This document shows positions 40,960-54,849 of a DNA stretch of 64,000 nucleotides, one piece after another. Source of the stretch: Lama glama (taxonomy: Eukaryota). The first letter of the stretch is position 1, and each line of letters opens with the position of its first letter. The notes beneath the pieces are model-generated. The model was not told the origin of the DNA, ran no database searches, and saw nothing but the letters and a program-made list of their open reading frames with translations. A program made the translations under genes and the position numbers. Location: positions 90,088,001 to 90,152,000 of the forward strand of contig CM052816.1 of NCBI GenBank assembly GCA_028534125.1, written 5' to 3'.

Positions 40960-41516
40960 TGTATTAGTTTCCTGTCACTCCTGGAGCAAATTATCACAAA
41001 CTTTGTAACTTAAGACAACAGCCAGCTCTGTAGGTCCAATGTCCAGTGGTCTTAGGGCCTCGCAGTGACAAAATCACTATGTGAGCTGGGCTGGTCTCAG
41101 ACCTAGAGGCTCCAGGGGAATAAATATCTGTTTTCAAAGCTCGTGCAAACTTTTGGCAAATTTCAGCTCCTTGTGATTGTAGGACTAACATTCTTATTTC
41201 CTTGCTGGCCATCAGCTAGGAGACTCTCTCAGCTCTGTAAGACTGCCTCCGCCCCTTTTCTCATGATCCTGTCCGTCTTCCAAGCTGGCAATGGCGCATC
41301 GAGTGCTATCCAGTCTCAAATCCCCATGACTTCTTTTACCATCAGAAGCTGCTTTTAAGGGCTCATGTAATTGTATCATCTGAATTGTCAGATGACCCTC
41401 CGTCTTAGAGTCAACTGTGCAGTATAATATGGCCTAATGATGAGAGTGGTATCTGTTCATATCTATAGGTTCTTGTACATGTCTGGGGGACCATTCTAGA
41501 AATTCTACCTACCATG
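40960..41516 (-). mobile_element. MLT1E-type solo LTR with 5-bp TSD
   Basis: tgtattagtttcctg...gcttttaagggctcatgtaatt...gaaattctacctacca; TCTCT at 40955-40959 and 41517-41521. Confidence 0.85.
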
Positions 41517-41927
41517 TCTCTTTTCAAGGAATCAGTGACCCCAAAACAGGTACCCTATGCCAGAGTCTTGTAGTTACAGTTTCCCTCCTTCTTCTCCAGG
41601 ACCAGAGATAGTACAGAAGCTAAAGCATCCCCTTGGACAGTACCCTACCCCAGTTCTCTACGGGTGAACGTTTTCACAATTGCATAATTACAGCATGCCA
41701 TGCAATTATTCATTTTCAGTCTGCTGTCAGTAATGTAGGTGTTGCATTAGTAAAATCCCACTTTATGGTCAACTTCTTAGAACCATTCCTAGGATCAGTG
41801 GCCTTAGAATGGCATCACTGGAAACAGACTTTGAGAGGGAGATTGTATTGGGGTTCGCTCTCAAGATATACACATATCAGGAAGTAAGGAGGCTAGACAA
41901 CACTGTGGTATTATAAATGCTACCATT

Positions 41928-42160
41928 TCTACTGACACTGCTCTATCTGCTGACAATACTGTACCTACCATACCTATTAACAACACTGCATCTACCAAGA
42001 TTACAGTAATTACCACCATTGTAATATCTACCAACACTACAGTACCTAACACAATGCTATCTGCTAACGCCACAGTGTCTACTAACACTGCAACATCTAC
42101 AAACAGTACCATGTCCACCAGTGCTACTAGCATTTACTAACATTGTAGTGTATCTACACT
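41928..42160. repeat. Degenerate 18-bp minisatellite (consensus ~TCTACYAACACTRCAGTA)
   Basis: About 12 diverged units read by eye from 41928. Confidence 0.85.
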
Positions 42161-43799
42161 GGAAAGAGGGAAGTATCTTCTTTGCTCAACTGGAGGATTC
42201 TTGAATTCTATTCTAAATTAGACAAAATATTCTTGATTTTAGAATGCTTACTTTATAAGAAAGCAACACTGCATCACACTTGTTTGCTATCAAGACAGAC
42301 AAAAGTAAAAATAATGACAGACACCTTCATTTTAGAAAGCTATATTCTTTCTGATAAGAATCTAAGAATTTACATATTCTCTCTTTCATTACAGAAATGT
42401 TATGGGAAAATTCTTCTATCTAATCCCAACTACTGAACTAAATACGCATCACTCTCCAACAGAGTTGCGTTTGTTTCACATTTAAACTCAGTGGGGCCAA
42501 ATGCATTAGTAGAGGGGAGACTCTCAGTGCTACAAACCTAAAGTTTAGTTCTTTCTCTTCAGTGTGCCCTTGAAGAGGTCATTCAACTTTATCCTGTTCT
42601 CTAATTTTTGAAATGAAAATATTGGAATAGATCATCTTTAATGTTCTTTCCAAGCCGGAAACCATAAGCTGGATATTTGATTTTATTCCCTTTCTGAAAA
42701 ATTCTTCTCCCTTGAGCTTAGATTTCACAATCTGTTTTCCCCATTTGTCATCTTCCCCACTTGAGCAGCCTTGACTTGAAATGCGAGGCCACCCCCATAC
42801 AAGCTGCTCTGATCTGCCAAGCTGTCCACTCTCCACCCCACCGCTGAGTATGTATGTGTGTGTGTGAGAGAGCGTGTGTGTGATTTACATATCCTGGCAA
42901 CAGAAATTCACAGCACTCTCTCATTTAAAACATTTCCTGTATATGAGCTAGCACCTCAAGTACCCAGGGGAGGATTTGGAAGCTCTGAAAGGAGAAAGCT
43001 TCAAACAATGACAACAGAGGATGCTTTTACATTAAATAGCAAAGTTTTTCTTTTCTAACATGATGTGTTGGGACCCTAAGAATCTGACTCATATCCGACT
43101 CTGGCTAATTCTTAGGGAATTCACAGACTCCCGGGGGGAAAGCTCACCATGGCTCCACGCATCAGCATTCCAGCACTAGGGCTGGTTCCACACCTCCATG
43201 GCCTTGCTCTCCTTCCCACTCAATTCTCTTTCAGTTATCTGTTGCTTCCTCTTATGATTGGAAAGACACATTTATAAAGAAGAAATGCCTCCACCACCTA
43301 GAGGTGAACACCGGTAACATTTCAATGTGCTTTTAACGGTATGATGCTTTATCACACACACGGGTTTTAGATTTTGTGTATGATATTTTTCAGATGTCAC
43401 TTTTTGATTTTGGAATTATTTTTACTGTTTCAAGAAAGAAAATATTCTGTGAAAACTTAGATTGGGGAATGTAATACTAAGAGGGCTGGAATATATCTTT
43501 GTATCCCAGGGGACTTGATAGAGATTGTCACGCTATATTACTTATTTCAAAGGCAGAATATTATAATTGGTATGATCACAAACTTTGGCGTTAGAGAATA
43601 TTGGCTTTTAATTCTGGCTTTGCCACTTAAAAGATGCCTGAATTCTGGAAAATTGCTTAACTTTGCTAAATAATTGATGAAAGAAGATGTAAATTTCCTA
43701 GAATTTCTATCAAAATATTTACAAAGCTTATGGAGCCCAAGAATGAAAATGTGTTCAATATATATTTCTATTAAAACAGTAATTATAAGCCTAAAACTG

Positions 43800-44010
43800 A
43801 TCTAGCATTTGCTAGGTCCTAGATACCATTTTAAGCACTTTAAATATATTACTTTTTACTAATTCTCACAACAGTTTTATGAGGCAGGAGCAGTTATAAA
43901 TTACCCTCATTTCACAATTTAGGGAAGTAAAGAACAGAGAGGTTAAGTAACTTCCTCAAGGTCACACAGCTGGGAGGTGATAAAGTCTGCATTTGGATGT
44001 AGTCTGTGTC
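43800..44010 (-). mobile_element. MIR SINE
   Basis: aattctcacaacag...agagaggttaagtaacttcctcaaggtcacacagct is the MIR core. Confidence 0.85.
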
Positions 44011-44399
44011 TTTAACCAATAATCCAAATCACAGAAACTACTTAATGAATTTTATTAGCTTTCAAATTTTATATCTGAAAAATCTTCATATATTAAGCAC
44101 AACTTATTTCAGGTAAAAAGTATTGCCTAGTAAAGGGGGTTTAAGTTTATATGGTTTGATGAATAAATAAGATTGATGAATAGATTTATTTGTGATTGGT
44201 TAATCAATTTTATCATCTGCTTTGAAAATGTTTAAAATAATATAAATATTTGACTAATATATGCTTTCATCTGAAATTATTTTTATGCTAATAATATGTG
44301 TTCTTTCGTAGAGAATATGTCTGTATTACCATCGATTCTGTATTATTAAAGCTTGTATTAATAAAGGGTTGAGAGCCAAATTCTAACTCCAGGGTACAT

Positions 44400-44860
44400 A
44401 TGCAGTGCAGCGGACGTCTGTGAGTTTGGGACATGGTCCAAGATCCATTCACTTCCTTCTGGTAGCAGCATCTTGACTTTCCTTTAAGGAACAACTTTCC
44501 CTGTACTGAACGCAAGTGCTTCAGACATGGTCAAGCCTACCTTCTGGACACCAATCTGGACCTGTGACCCTAGAGTGGGCGATCGTATATTCTCTCCAAT
44601 GGGCCTCTTGGCCATATGCTACTGAACTGTCCCAGCACTGGACTGAGGGGCGGGCCCATGAGCTAAGCCAGCCAGTGAGACACGATGCCCAAACATGTTG
44701 AAACCCTTCAGAGAGCTGCATTTATTTTTTTTCTATCTGGGTTTGCCAAACTTAAAATATGTGAACTGGGAGATTTGGGATGCCAATACTTGGAGAAGAA
44801 AGCAGATGTTAAAAAACAGAATAAGAGGAACCAAATCCTGGTGATCTAACCAGCATGTAA
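44400..44860 (+). mobile_element. Old MLT1 (K/L-like) LTR
   Basis: ccattcacttccttctggtagcagcatcttgactttcc...gggcccatgagctaagccagccagtgaga. Confidence 0.5.
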
Positions 44861-47113
44861 TAAATTATTTTTCAATCAAACATATGAGGAAATAATTAAA
44901 TGAAAACAGAAAATTCTGTCTTCAGATTTTGGTCTTCCAGTTGAGTAGAGCAAGATCAGGCAGGAACAGAGGACTCTGATGTCAGGGTACTTAAGTAGCT
45001 AATATAAAGAAATCCTGTTTTCAAACTTGTAATGAAGTATACAATCTTATAAGCTTAATTTGTTGTATACAAGACACTCACAAAAAGGTATATTCCAATA
45101 TCTCTTGATAACTGTTATTTGGAGAAAAATTGTTTTATTTATATATTATCATAGACACATACTGATATTCATGTTTTTAAGGTTTATTTTATCTAAGAAA
45201 ATACTGAGTTTTAATACGTTTTCTAACACTTTATAAAGACAAACTTGTAACTTACATCACGATATTGTGACATTCATAATATATTGACAACAGATATACA
45301 ACAATGAGTAGTAGAAAGATAATTTTGCTCATTTCCCAATGAAAGACGATAAAAATGGAATTGAAATAATTCTCAATCTATTACTACTTTTATCTATGTG
45401 GAAATTTACTGAAGTTTTAGAGAAAAAGTAGGAACTTCTTAAAATTAAAACTTCACATAATTATGCTCATTTAGCACTGCAACAATTTTTATATTAAAGT
45501 AATATTTTAAATGAAATCTTGCTATTTATGCAGGTTGCGGGAAAGCATCAGCACTAAAATAGAACAGTTTTCTATCTGAAAGAGAAAAAAACATCACTTT
45601 CTCATCAACAGCTTGCCTTTCCTATGCCCACCTTAAGCTTCCAGTCACTCCCGCAGATGAGCAGGGAGAATAAGAGTAGTGGTTCAGCTGGACTGGAGAC
45701 CAGCATCTGCCTGCACTGCTACTGTGTCTGTTCCCACCTTTCATCCAACGCTGGATGCTGTCCTCTCTCTACCTTGCCTTGGAAGTAAACTTCCCCTTTG
45801 AAACATCTACCACACTAGTTCCAGTCACTTGCTCTGCTTTGTTGCCTGTTAACATTTCTCTGACTCAACAAGCCACTGAATAATCCAGTTCTCTAAAGGC
45901 CAGTTCCCAGCTTTATTTTTGCCAGTACATCTGGGATTAAAGTACTAAATCATCCGCCCATCAGGGCCTTGTGCCCTACTGCTCACCTTGTCGATAGTGA
46001 CTGCCATCCCAGTCAACTGTTTCAGTGCTTTGCACAAACCAGTAACTGTGCCAAATAGTGAGGATATTCACTGAAATAAGTGTAGATGATTTCTGATCTC
46101 AATAAACTCATTATCTAATGAAGAACAAAGCATGTTACAAAATGGAAGTTTCTATACTATAAGAAGTACAATGTGTCCAACCTGCGTCCGTCTTCCATGC
46201 TTAATCTATAAATTGACAACCATAGCAGGCTATAGTTGTAGAAAAGAGTATTTTAAAGCTTGGCAGTATAAAAATAATGGTATGGGACTTAGGAGTCTGA
46301 AGAAGGAGAAAAGGAGATGACACAGGAATACTTCATCTAACATGGGGGCAAGTCAGGACATAAAGTCTAATGTTGATGAATAAAGAAAATAAAGAATCAA
46401 GTACATAAGTAGATCAATAAATATAACCAAGAGAATAACTAAAAGTAAACAAGTGAACAGAGTGTGAAGGATGAGGCAGAAGTCAGTTTATGTGAACCAG
46501 AGTCCTCATATTTCATAGGTGAGTTCATAGTTATTGTTGAAACTTGATAAATCATGAAATAGAGACATAAGCATAAAATTTACACTTAGGAAGAGAACCA
46601 CTAGAAAAAGAATATGGCAGAAATGTTTAAAATTGGAACACCTCAAAGATTGGGATTTGGGGCTGGGTTTGAGCAAAGCAAAGGAGACTTTTACTTTTTA
46701 GTTGATCTTCCCCTCCACTACTTTTGTTATCAAATTTATGTATACTTTTAAGTTAATTTAATAAATTTAATTATAATGTGATCATGAAATTAAATTATAG
46801 AATAATTTAGGAGCACAAATATCTAAATTTTAAATCAGCTCTTTTAAGAAGGAAAACTCTCAGTCTCTGATATAGACACATCTCATTATTCACATTTTAC
46901 AATTTGAAAAAGAGAGATTCAGCAATTTTATGGAAATTGTCCAAAGCTTAAGAGATAACAAAGAGGATTTGCACTCAATCCTACCTAAATTCAAAATCTG
47001 TGTTCCCAAACCTCTTGCTTCCCAATTGTGCACTTTTTCCCAGTAACTTCTATTCCAGTCACCAAAGGTCAAAAGTCTTAGCACAGTGACTTCACATATT
47101 TAGAGTTTTTGGT

Positions 47114-47261
47114 GGGGGGAGGGTATAGTGCGGCGGTAGAGCACATGCTTACTATGCAGGAGGTCCTGAGTTCAATACCTAGTACCTCCATTAAAATATA
47201 CATAAATAAGTAAATAAACCTAATTAACTCCCCCACTCAATTTTTTTTTTAATGAACAGAA
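47114..47261 (+). mobile_element. Camelid-type tRNA-derived SINE with 13-bp TSD
   Basis: ggggagggtatag...ggtagagcacatgctta...gaggtcctgagttcaatacctagtacctcc...taaataaacctaatta; TAGAGTTTTTGGT at 47101-47113 and 47262-47274. Confidence 0.92.
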
Positions 47262-49254
47262 TAGAGTTTTTGGTTAATGCTTCTTTGGGGACAACTTCAT
47301 TATTAAAATATTTATTTAGTATGTGATCCTTTCATGATCTGTCTTACCTTTAAATGCATTTCACTTTAAGAACATTTGTTGAATGCTATCCATGGGCTAA
47401 GCACTCACTAGATTTTAAATGGAATATAAAAATGAATAAGATAATGCCATAGTGTCTCAGAACAGTAGACTATAGGGTGTATTCAGTGGTACACACCAAA
47501 GAGGAAGAAATCAGCAGTGTGTGTTGTCCATTTTCTTACATGACTTCTTTCTGGAAACACAAACTAACTTCAAAGTCCAAAAGTCCAAAAAGACTCACAA
47601 GTTATGGAAATAATTTATGTTCTCAAAGAGGTTAAAAAATACCAGTAAGGCTCTAATCACACTTGAAATTTAATGCCTAACATTGTCAAAACATTCCCAG
47701 TATTTGAACACATTTTTTAATTTGATGCATTTCCTTGGCAATTCAAAACCGTTCAATAGTTTATATCTATCGATCATTTTGCTGAAAATAAAATCTCCTT
47801 TTTTTTTTCAGTTTCAGTGATTCCCAGATTTTCTCAGTGGACATCAATTTGTGGCTCACTTTTTTAATTTTTGCTATTTTGTCACTCCTTGATTTTCATA
47901 AAATAATGAAGAGAATATGATAAGACACTATTCCAACTTTTTAGTAGAACACATTCTTCAATCCAAACATAATCTGGAGAGACAACATATACTATGGACA
48001 TAAATGGAACCTCTGTCATCTTCTCTCCGTGGCCCCCTTGGATGTCTTTGAGGGACTTTGCAGAATCATGAGGCTACAAAGAAACCAGCAAGAAATGATC
48101 TGCAATGAAATATTGAAATATAGGCTTACAGAAACCTCACTATTCCAAGATGGCAGATCTTCCATGTGGAACTGTTAACTGTTAGAGCAGGTCCACAGAG
48201 GACAGATCAAAGTAGTCTAAGTAGGCGTATTGAATACATTTTGAGAGTCAATGTTCATTATCCTAACATTCAGGCTGTTTGAAGGTCAAAAATACAGAAT
48301 TCAAGGATCTCCTACATGTGAGAAACTAGACGTGCCCACTGGCAAGGGCCAGCACTCCTGGAGGATCCAAATATACATTCGTGGACTAAGACAAGATAAA
48401 TAGCATTTTTCCATTTTTTGGCGCTTTTCTGTTTTTTCCTCCTTATACATTTCTTTCATCTGTTTTCATTTTTGGCCATATTTCTCTTTTCTGTGCTCTA
48501 TAGCCTGCATTTCTTTGCTTTTATAGTAGAAACGGCTAGACTTTTATTTATATCCATTTTCCAAAAAAAAAGAGAGAGAGAGAAAGAACTTATCTTCTTG
48601 CCAGTGAACAAAGAATTATGCTCATTCTTTTGAGCCATTAGTCATTGTCACCAGGACTTACTGTAATATTTAACATCTAGTCTTCTCCCTATTCTAGAGA
48701 ATTTAAGTTATAAAGGCCCACGTACTGCTAAATGGATTCCTGTGGTTTGAAATTATTCTGTATAGTAGACAACTAGATACAAACAGAATAAGGATTCATC
48801 ATTCTTTACCCACTTTGCCATTTGTCCTGATAGGAACAGTATGGCATGTTGGAAAAAATAAAGGGCAGCAAAGGAATAAAGAGGCCCAGCTTTAGGTCCC
48901 CAAAATGGATTTGTTCATTTATTTACAAATCAGAAATTCTCCCGGACTTCTTCCATAGTTTATCTCATTTAAGTTCACCACTGTCTGAGATGTCTTACTC
49001 CCCAGGATGTGATTACAAGCACCAGATGCAGACACTGTTTAAGGACACCCAGTAGCTTTCTGAATTGCTGGGAGAACTGGAGAGCAGACTCAAGGCCTGA
49101 ACTTTCAAGAATAATTCCCTAAACTATGAGCAGAGCTCACTGCTGAAGAAAGAACTGATGTAGTCGAGCATTAGAAGCTGCAGTTATACAATTTTACATC
49201 AGCAACTTCAGTATATTTGCAACTTCTACCCATATCAACATAAAAGTCCTTCCC

Positions 49255-49610
49255 TTTTTTTCTGTTAATTCCACTTTTAGTCTTTAAAATTAGTCAATTT
49301 ACAATGTTAGTTTCTAGTGTACAGCTTAGTTATTCAGTTTTATATGTATTTACATATACATGTATATTTATATTCCTTTTCATATTTTTTTTAATATAGA
49401 CAATGTGGAGAAGAGGGAACCCTCTTACACTCTTGGTGGGAATGTAGTTTGGGGCAACTAATATGGAAAGCAGCACAGTTTCCTTAAAAAACTAAAACTA
49501 GGTTCTTCATATGATCCAGCAATCCCACTCCTGGACATATATCGGAGGAAACTAATTGGAAGAGACCCACACACCCCAGTGTTCACAACAGCACTATTTA
49601 CAAGAGCCAA
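49255..49610 (-). mobile_element. 5'-inverted L1 insertion
   Basis: 49255-~49400 is an antisense L1 3' end after a T-run; ~49401-49610 is a sense ORF2-end/3'UTR piece (gtggagaagagggaaccctcttacact...atatgatccagcaatcccactcctgg); AAGTCCTTC at 49244-49252 and 49609-49617. Confidence 0.8.
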
Positions 49611-50639
49611 GTCCTTCACCTCTGTGCCGGGAACTCCACCTTGCAGCCTAACCGCTAGTACTACGTCTCCTGTCCCAGAGTGAGGCTTCCAGTTCTTTCC
49701 CCCATCACTATCTGCACAGTTGAAATCTGGAACAGATAAACTGATCAGAAGTGTATACATTAGATGCCACTGGTCTAGTTGAAAGGGAGACTGAGTAAGT
49801 GGGGAAAAAAAATCTAGCATTTCCAGCTACTATAGAAAGGCATTCTGTGTTCCCCAAGGAGACTTCTGTTTCTTCATCACAATAAGAAGTCAAGCTCTCA
49901 GTTTTTGTTTCTTTCTTTCCCTTTATTTCCTCTTTAACCTCAGGGAACAGAGCTCGTACCTGATTCAGGTAGGTGGTGTGTGGGATTTCCCAGGAAGGCA
50001 AACAGGGGACAGTTGGAGCCCGCAGGGTGCACTGTGTGACCTTGGGTGTGTGGGGGGAGTTAGTGCAGGTCCTGATGGAAGGGCAGGGAGAGGATGGGCT
50101 GGGATATGCTGAGCTCAGAGAATGACACAGTCAGGTCCCAGGAGCTCCAGCCCCACCTGCTCTTCCTAGAGGAAGCCTGATCTCCAGGGATCCTGGAGTT
50201 TCTTCATACTGGCCAGGGAGTTCCAGAATGAGGACTACCTGGATGCCCCCACGTCCCAGACTCATCAGCAAGGAATCTGGCGCACACTACCTATCAGGCA
50301 ACCCGTATGATTGTGGACACCTCTAGCCTTCAGATATCGGATCATTGTGTTGTACCCCTAAACAAATACAATGTTTATGTCAATTATATCTCAGTTAATG
50401 AAAAGATTTCTGGAGCCAAATATATGACATACATTCACTACACATAGATTTAACACTCATTCTCATTTGGCAAATTAGAATTTGAATCTTGGAGAAATTT
50501 ACCTACGTCCACACAGTAATTAAGACACAGGGCTGGCATATAAAGCCAAGTTTATATTCTTAAGTACCGCTTTTACTATGCATGTAACCTTTGATTAATG
50601 ACTTGACAAGCAGCTCTCAACCCCTGAAGCTTCTCAAGA

Positions 50640-50830
50640 TGCATCCATGGGGTCTCCAAAGTCAGAAGTATTCTCATAGCAGTATCGATGTGTTATTTCC
50701 CTATTTCATTGAATTGGCATTGCTCTGATGATACAGAAACAATGGTGGGTAAAACTTCCGGTCCCTTAACCACAAATCAAAACAGAAGAACAAATTTGAA
50801 CTAATAGTCGTATTCTCCGCTGCTACAGAT
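50640..50830 (+). mobile_element. Charlie1-like hAT transposon fragment
   Basis: ctgatgatacagaaacaatggtgggtaaaact...cacaaatcaa...actaatagtcgtattct resembles Charlie1. Confidence 0.7.
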
Positions 50831-51624
50831 TAACCACCACCACCACCACCAATAATAATAACATTCCACTTGAGTATTCTGTTGACGGAACAGACCATAA
50901 AAAATCAAGTTGACATGCATGTGTATTTTCACTGTATATTTGAAATAAGACTAGGATTGTGTAATTGAATTATTTTATGAAGTGGATTTTCATTCACCCA
51001 TTCAAAAAACGTGTCTTAAGCTCCCAGTTTCATCTAGACACTCCCCTAGACATTGAGGAAACAAAGATTTACAAGACATAGTTCGTACCATTGAGGATTT
51101 CAATCTAGTCAAGGGAGATAAGAGGAAATTGGACAACTGTCATGTAATATGGTAATTACTAACATAAGTACGCAAAGCAAAATACAAAGGCAGCACCTAT
51201 ATGAGGAGGTGAGATAAAGATTTTATTTTTTTTCATAAATGCCTAAATCACAAACAAAGACCTCAATCCTCATATTGCTAATTTAGTTTTACGGTAAGGC
51301 ATTCATCATAAACTGAGCAATTACATGTATCTAATATAGTACAGTGACTTTACAGTCAAGATCTGGCACTACAAGCAGGAATTAGCTTTAATAAATGAAA
51401 TCCACAGATAATACAAAGTCTACTTTACTCATTAATTTCAATATTCTCCACACTCAGTGCTATTTACCATAGCTCCCTGAGCAGCAAAAATTATAAATTT
51501 GAGTTTTATTTATTATCCTACAGGATATTTACACAGAAATGGAGGTGTCAACATCCCCAAGGCAGACGAAAGAGGGGAAGTTAAAAAATGAATGAAGTTG
51601 ATAATTAAAACCATTAAAAATTTA

Positions 51625-51750
51625 AGGATCTTAGAGATAATTTAGTACAAATCTTTAATGTTAGAGATGAAGGCACTGAGGTCCCAAGGGGGCTTGGATC
51701 AATGTCACTCAGCTAGTTGGCTGTAGAGCAGGAACTATAACCCAGGTGTC
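51625..51750 (-). mobile_element. MIR SINE fragment
   Basis: agatgaaggcactgaggtcccaagg...gtcactcagctagttggctgtagagcaggaactataacccagg. Confidence 0.7.
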
Positions 51751-54700
51751 TAAACAGCAATGCTCATTAATTTAGCCTACAGAAAATGACAGCTGGGCAA
51801 CATTTCAGACGCATAAGCTTTTCTCTCATTCTCTAATGCATTCCACAGTTCAAGGTCAATAATTAAAGGAAAGCCTTTCCATCAATGTATTCACTCCTGG
51901 AGAAAATAACATAGAAGACTGGGGTCGGGTGGGGGGAAGAATGGTAAAAACCCAGGGGGTTAGGAATTGGCTGTACAATATTGGGAGGATGAACAAGCAC
52001 AGATTTTAAATTAAGCTCAGGCAACAGAAGTGGCATAAGATTTTAAAGAAAGAACTAGGGGAAAGGGATGTTTCAAATAATGGATATGGTTTCAGAGCTG
52101 ATATATTAACTAATTTGCATTAAAATAAATTTACAGCTTAAGAGTGAAAAATGTTGAATGCCTATAAAATTATACAAATACTGGTGTCTAAAAATTCATA
52201 AATTTTTCTCTTCTTTACAAATGGACAAAAATAGGTTTTCAAACAAGTAAAATCATTTGTCTTTGATGCTCCCATTAAAGGGTTATTCTTTAAAAAAAAA
52301 AGACCTAATATATGTTGTTTAAACACACACAAAAATGTGATGAATAAGGTTTTCCTGGTGGTAGTCATTTTCTTATGTATGACTTGCATAGAAAAACTCT
52401 TTTACCCTTTTCTTGTCTGTTCTTAGGTTATTTCACGTTTGCATTTTACAAAATTGAAAAATTAGTAAGCATTTACAACGTGATATGTATTTGAGGATAC
52501 TGACTAGGATAATGGGATGCTGAAGTACCACCTAGATTTTCTAGTCAAAGCCGTTCCCCGGATAGTACCACTCCTTCAGAGAGTACTGGTGTAGATTTCA
52601 TCATGCGCTATTAATATGAATTACACAACTTTAGGTCCAGACAAAAGAGGAAATAAATTAACTGTCATTACAATTAGTAGTGGAGAATCTGTTCAGCAAT
52701 TGTTACTTATATTACTCAGAAAAAAAAGCTTACACATTCCTTGGAAGAGTTTTGGTGGCATTATTGTCTTAAAGTGTAAATGTTCACATTGCTTTTGTGA
52801 GAAGTTGCAAGTCAGAGCAAAAGTCAGTAAAAAATGTTCTTTCTCACATAAAATGTAAACAATTTAAGCTCATCGTGGTTATTTTTATTTTGTTTTAATT
52901 CTGCATTACCAAAACAAATATAAAAAATCGTATCTCCCCCCAAAAAGCCATTCCCCAGAATCTAGCTTTGTGGTGGTGATACTCTTCATGAAAGTTGCAC
53001 ATGACCCCTTTTTATTTCATCAATAGTTGATTGGTGTGTGGTTCTTTACACGTGATTGGTAGTCTGTCGGAAAGGCTTTATAAGTGATAATGTTTACTAA
53101 ATTTGTGTTTTTAGACTACTAGTTTTTATAATATCAGACTTAGAATTGAGCCTATTTTAAAAGGAACTAACAATCAAGAAAGCAGATCCAGCATAAAGGC
53201 AAAGTTGGAGTTACCCCAGGAATTCAAGGTAAGATTTACATCTTAGATAATTCAACACATTAACTAAAGAAGAAAAACATCATGATCCAACTAATAAATG
53301 GACAATTCTTTCAATTATATTCACCAACAATTTGTGATACCACTCTTAAGAAGGAATAGAAAGGAATATTTCATCAAACATATGGTTAAATAATAGGTTT
53401 GATTTATTAGGAAATCTAATAATAAATTTACTTAATGTTCTGGAAGATACTTGATCTTAGCTTTAGTCATTTTTTAAAATATTAAGCTTTCAGAGTCAAC
53501 AGTAATCAAGAAAAACATATCAACTAATTATATTGCAGCTTTTTAGACATCCAGCAATTTCTACCTTGATCTTACCCTGCGCCTTAACCAAATGATTTGA
53601 AGTATATACTGTTGCTTGATTTTCTTTCCAGCTTGATGAGTTCTTATAAGCTGCCAAATTTTTATATAAAATTCACTGGATTCTACTGAAGAGAAGTTCC
53701 CCAAGGTTTATTGTTTTATTCTTTCAGTAATGAATGTTATGTTGAACTGTTTCTCATAACTATGTCTGTCTCAGACACCAGTTTCTCTTTTTATTCCCAT
53801 TCCATCCATTTTTCCCATGGCCCTCTATTTTGACTTCATCTATGTATTTATCCATTCACTTTTTCCATCTAACATTCATTCAATTTTTAATAAATAAATG
53901 TCAAACTGTGGTTAATGCTACAAATGACAAAAAGCAAAGCTGCGTGGTTCCAACTGCTTATTGAAAACCATACAATGGATAGAGTGGTCAGCAAAATTTT
54001 CTTTCTTTACAAATGATATTGAAGACTAAAAAATGAGCAAGACGAATGGGGATGGCAGGGCAAATCATTTATAAATTTACTAGCTTACTTCTTAGTATTG
54101 ATTTTGGTCCTTAAATTTTGCAATGCTACCTTGGATGGCCTTACAGGATACCCCTCTTTGGTTCACCTAAAGTTCCAGCAACTTTATATGGCCCCTGGTG
54201 GCTCTAAGCCTCACCTGAACTGGCCTGTGTTTAAGAGCAAGATTAAAATAAGTAGCTCTTTGTAGGATATTTTTCTTATATCATTATTTTTATTCTGCTA
54301 CTAACAGTAATGAAAATTCTTTGTTAAAAAACAAGACATATAGCAGGTCAACAAAAAACGTATAAGTAAAAATCACTTTATCCACAAAAGAAAACCACCA
54401 TTGATATTTTTTATGTATCTTTCACAAAAGTGTCTTTTAATCATATATTAGGATGGTTACATGTTTTATTTTCTCTCATAACTATTATCCTTAATACAAT
54501 CCATTAATATATTTCTTAATATTAAATAATTTGTGTATCTGGGAGAAAAAAAGTATGGTGGGAAGGATGGAATTGCTTTTCAAAAACTTCATGTGACCTT
54601 TCTAAACCCGTATTATTAGAAAGGTAGAATTGTTCACAAGTGATGATGAATAAAGGCTGTATTTGTCAGCTTTTGGTCCCCAAGTTATAATAGCCATATA

Positions 54701-54802
54701 ATTATGAATATTTTCTTTCTTTAGACCTTGAGTTCAACCAAAGCACTCATCTTAATTAATTACTAACATTCAAAAAAAATATATATATATATATATTCTT
54801 TT

Positions 54803-54849
54803 TTTTTAGAGAGTCTTCCATATATATAAATTGGAAGACTCTCTAAAAA
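54803..54849. repeat. Perfect 18-bp inverted repeat, 11-nt loop
   Basis: TTTTTAGAGAGTCTTCCA (54803-54820) / TGGAAGACTCTCTAAAAA (54832-54849). Confidence 0.95.

Noticed and set aside
49458..50001. 120-aa and 97-aa minus ORFs
   Set aside because: Overlap antisense L1 or LTR-like sequence; no coding signature
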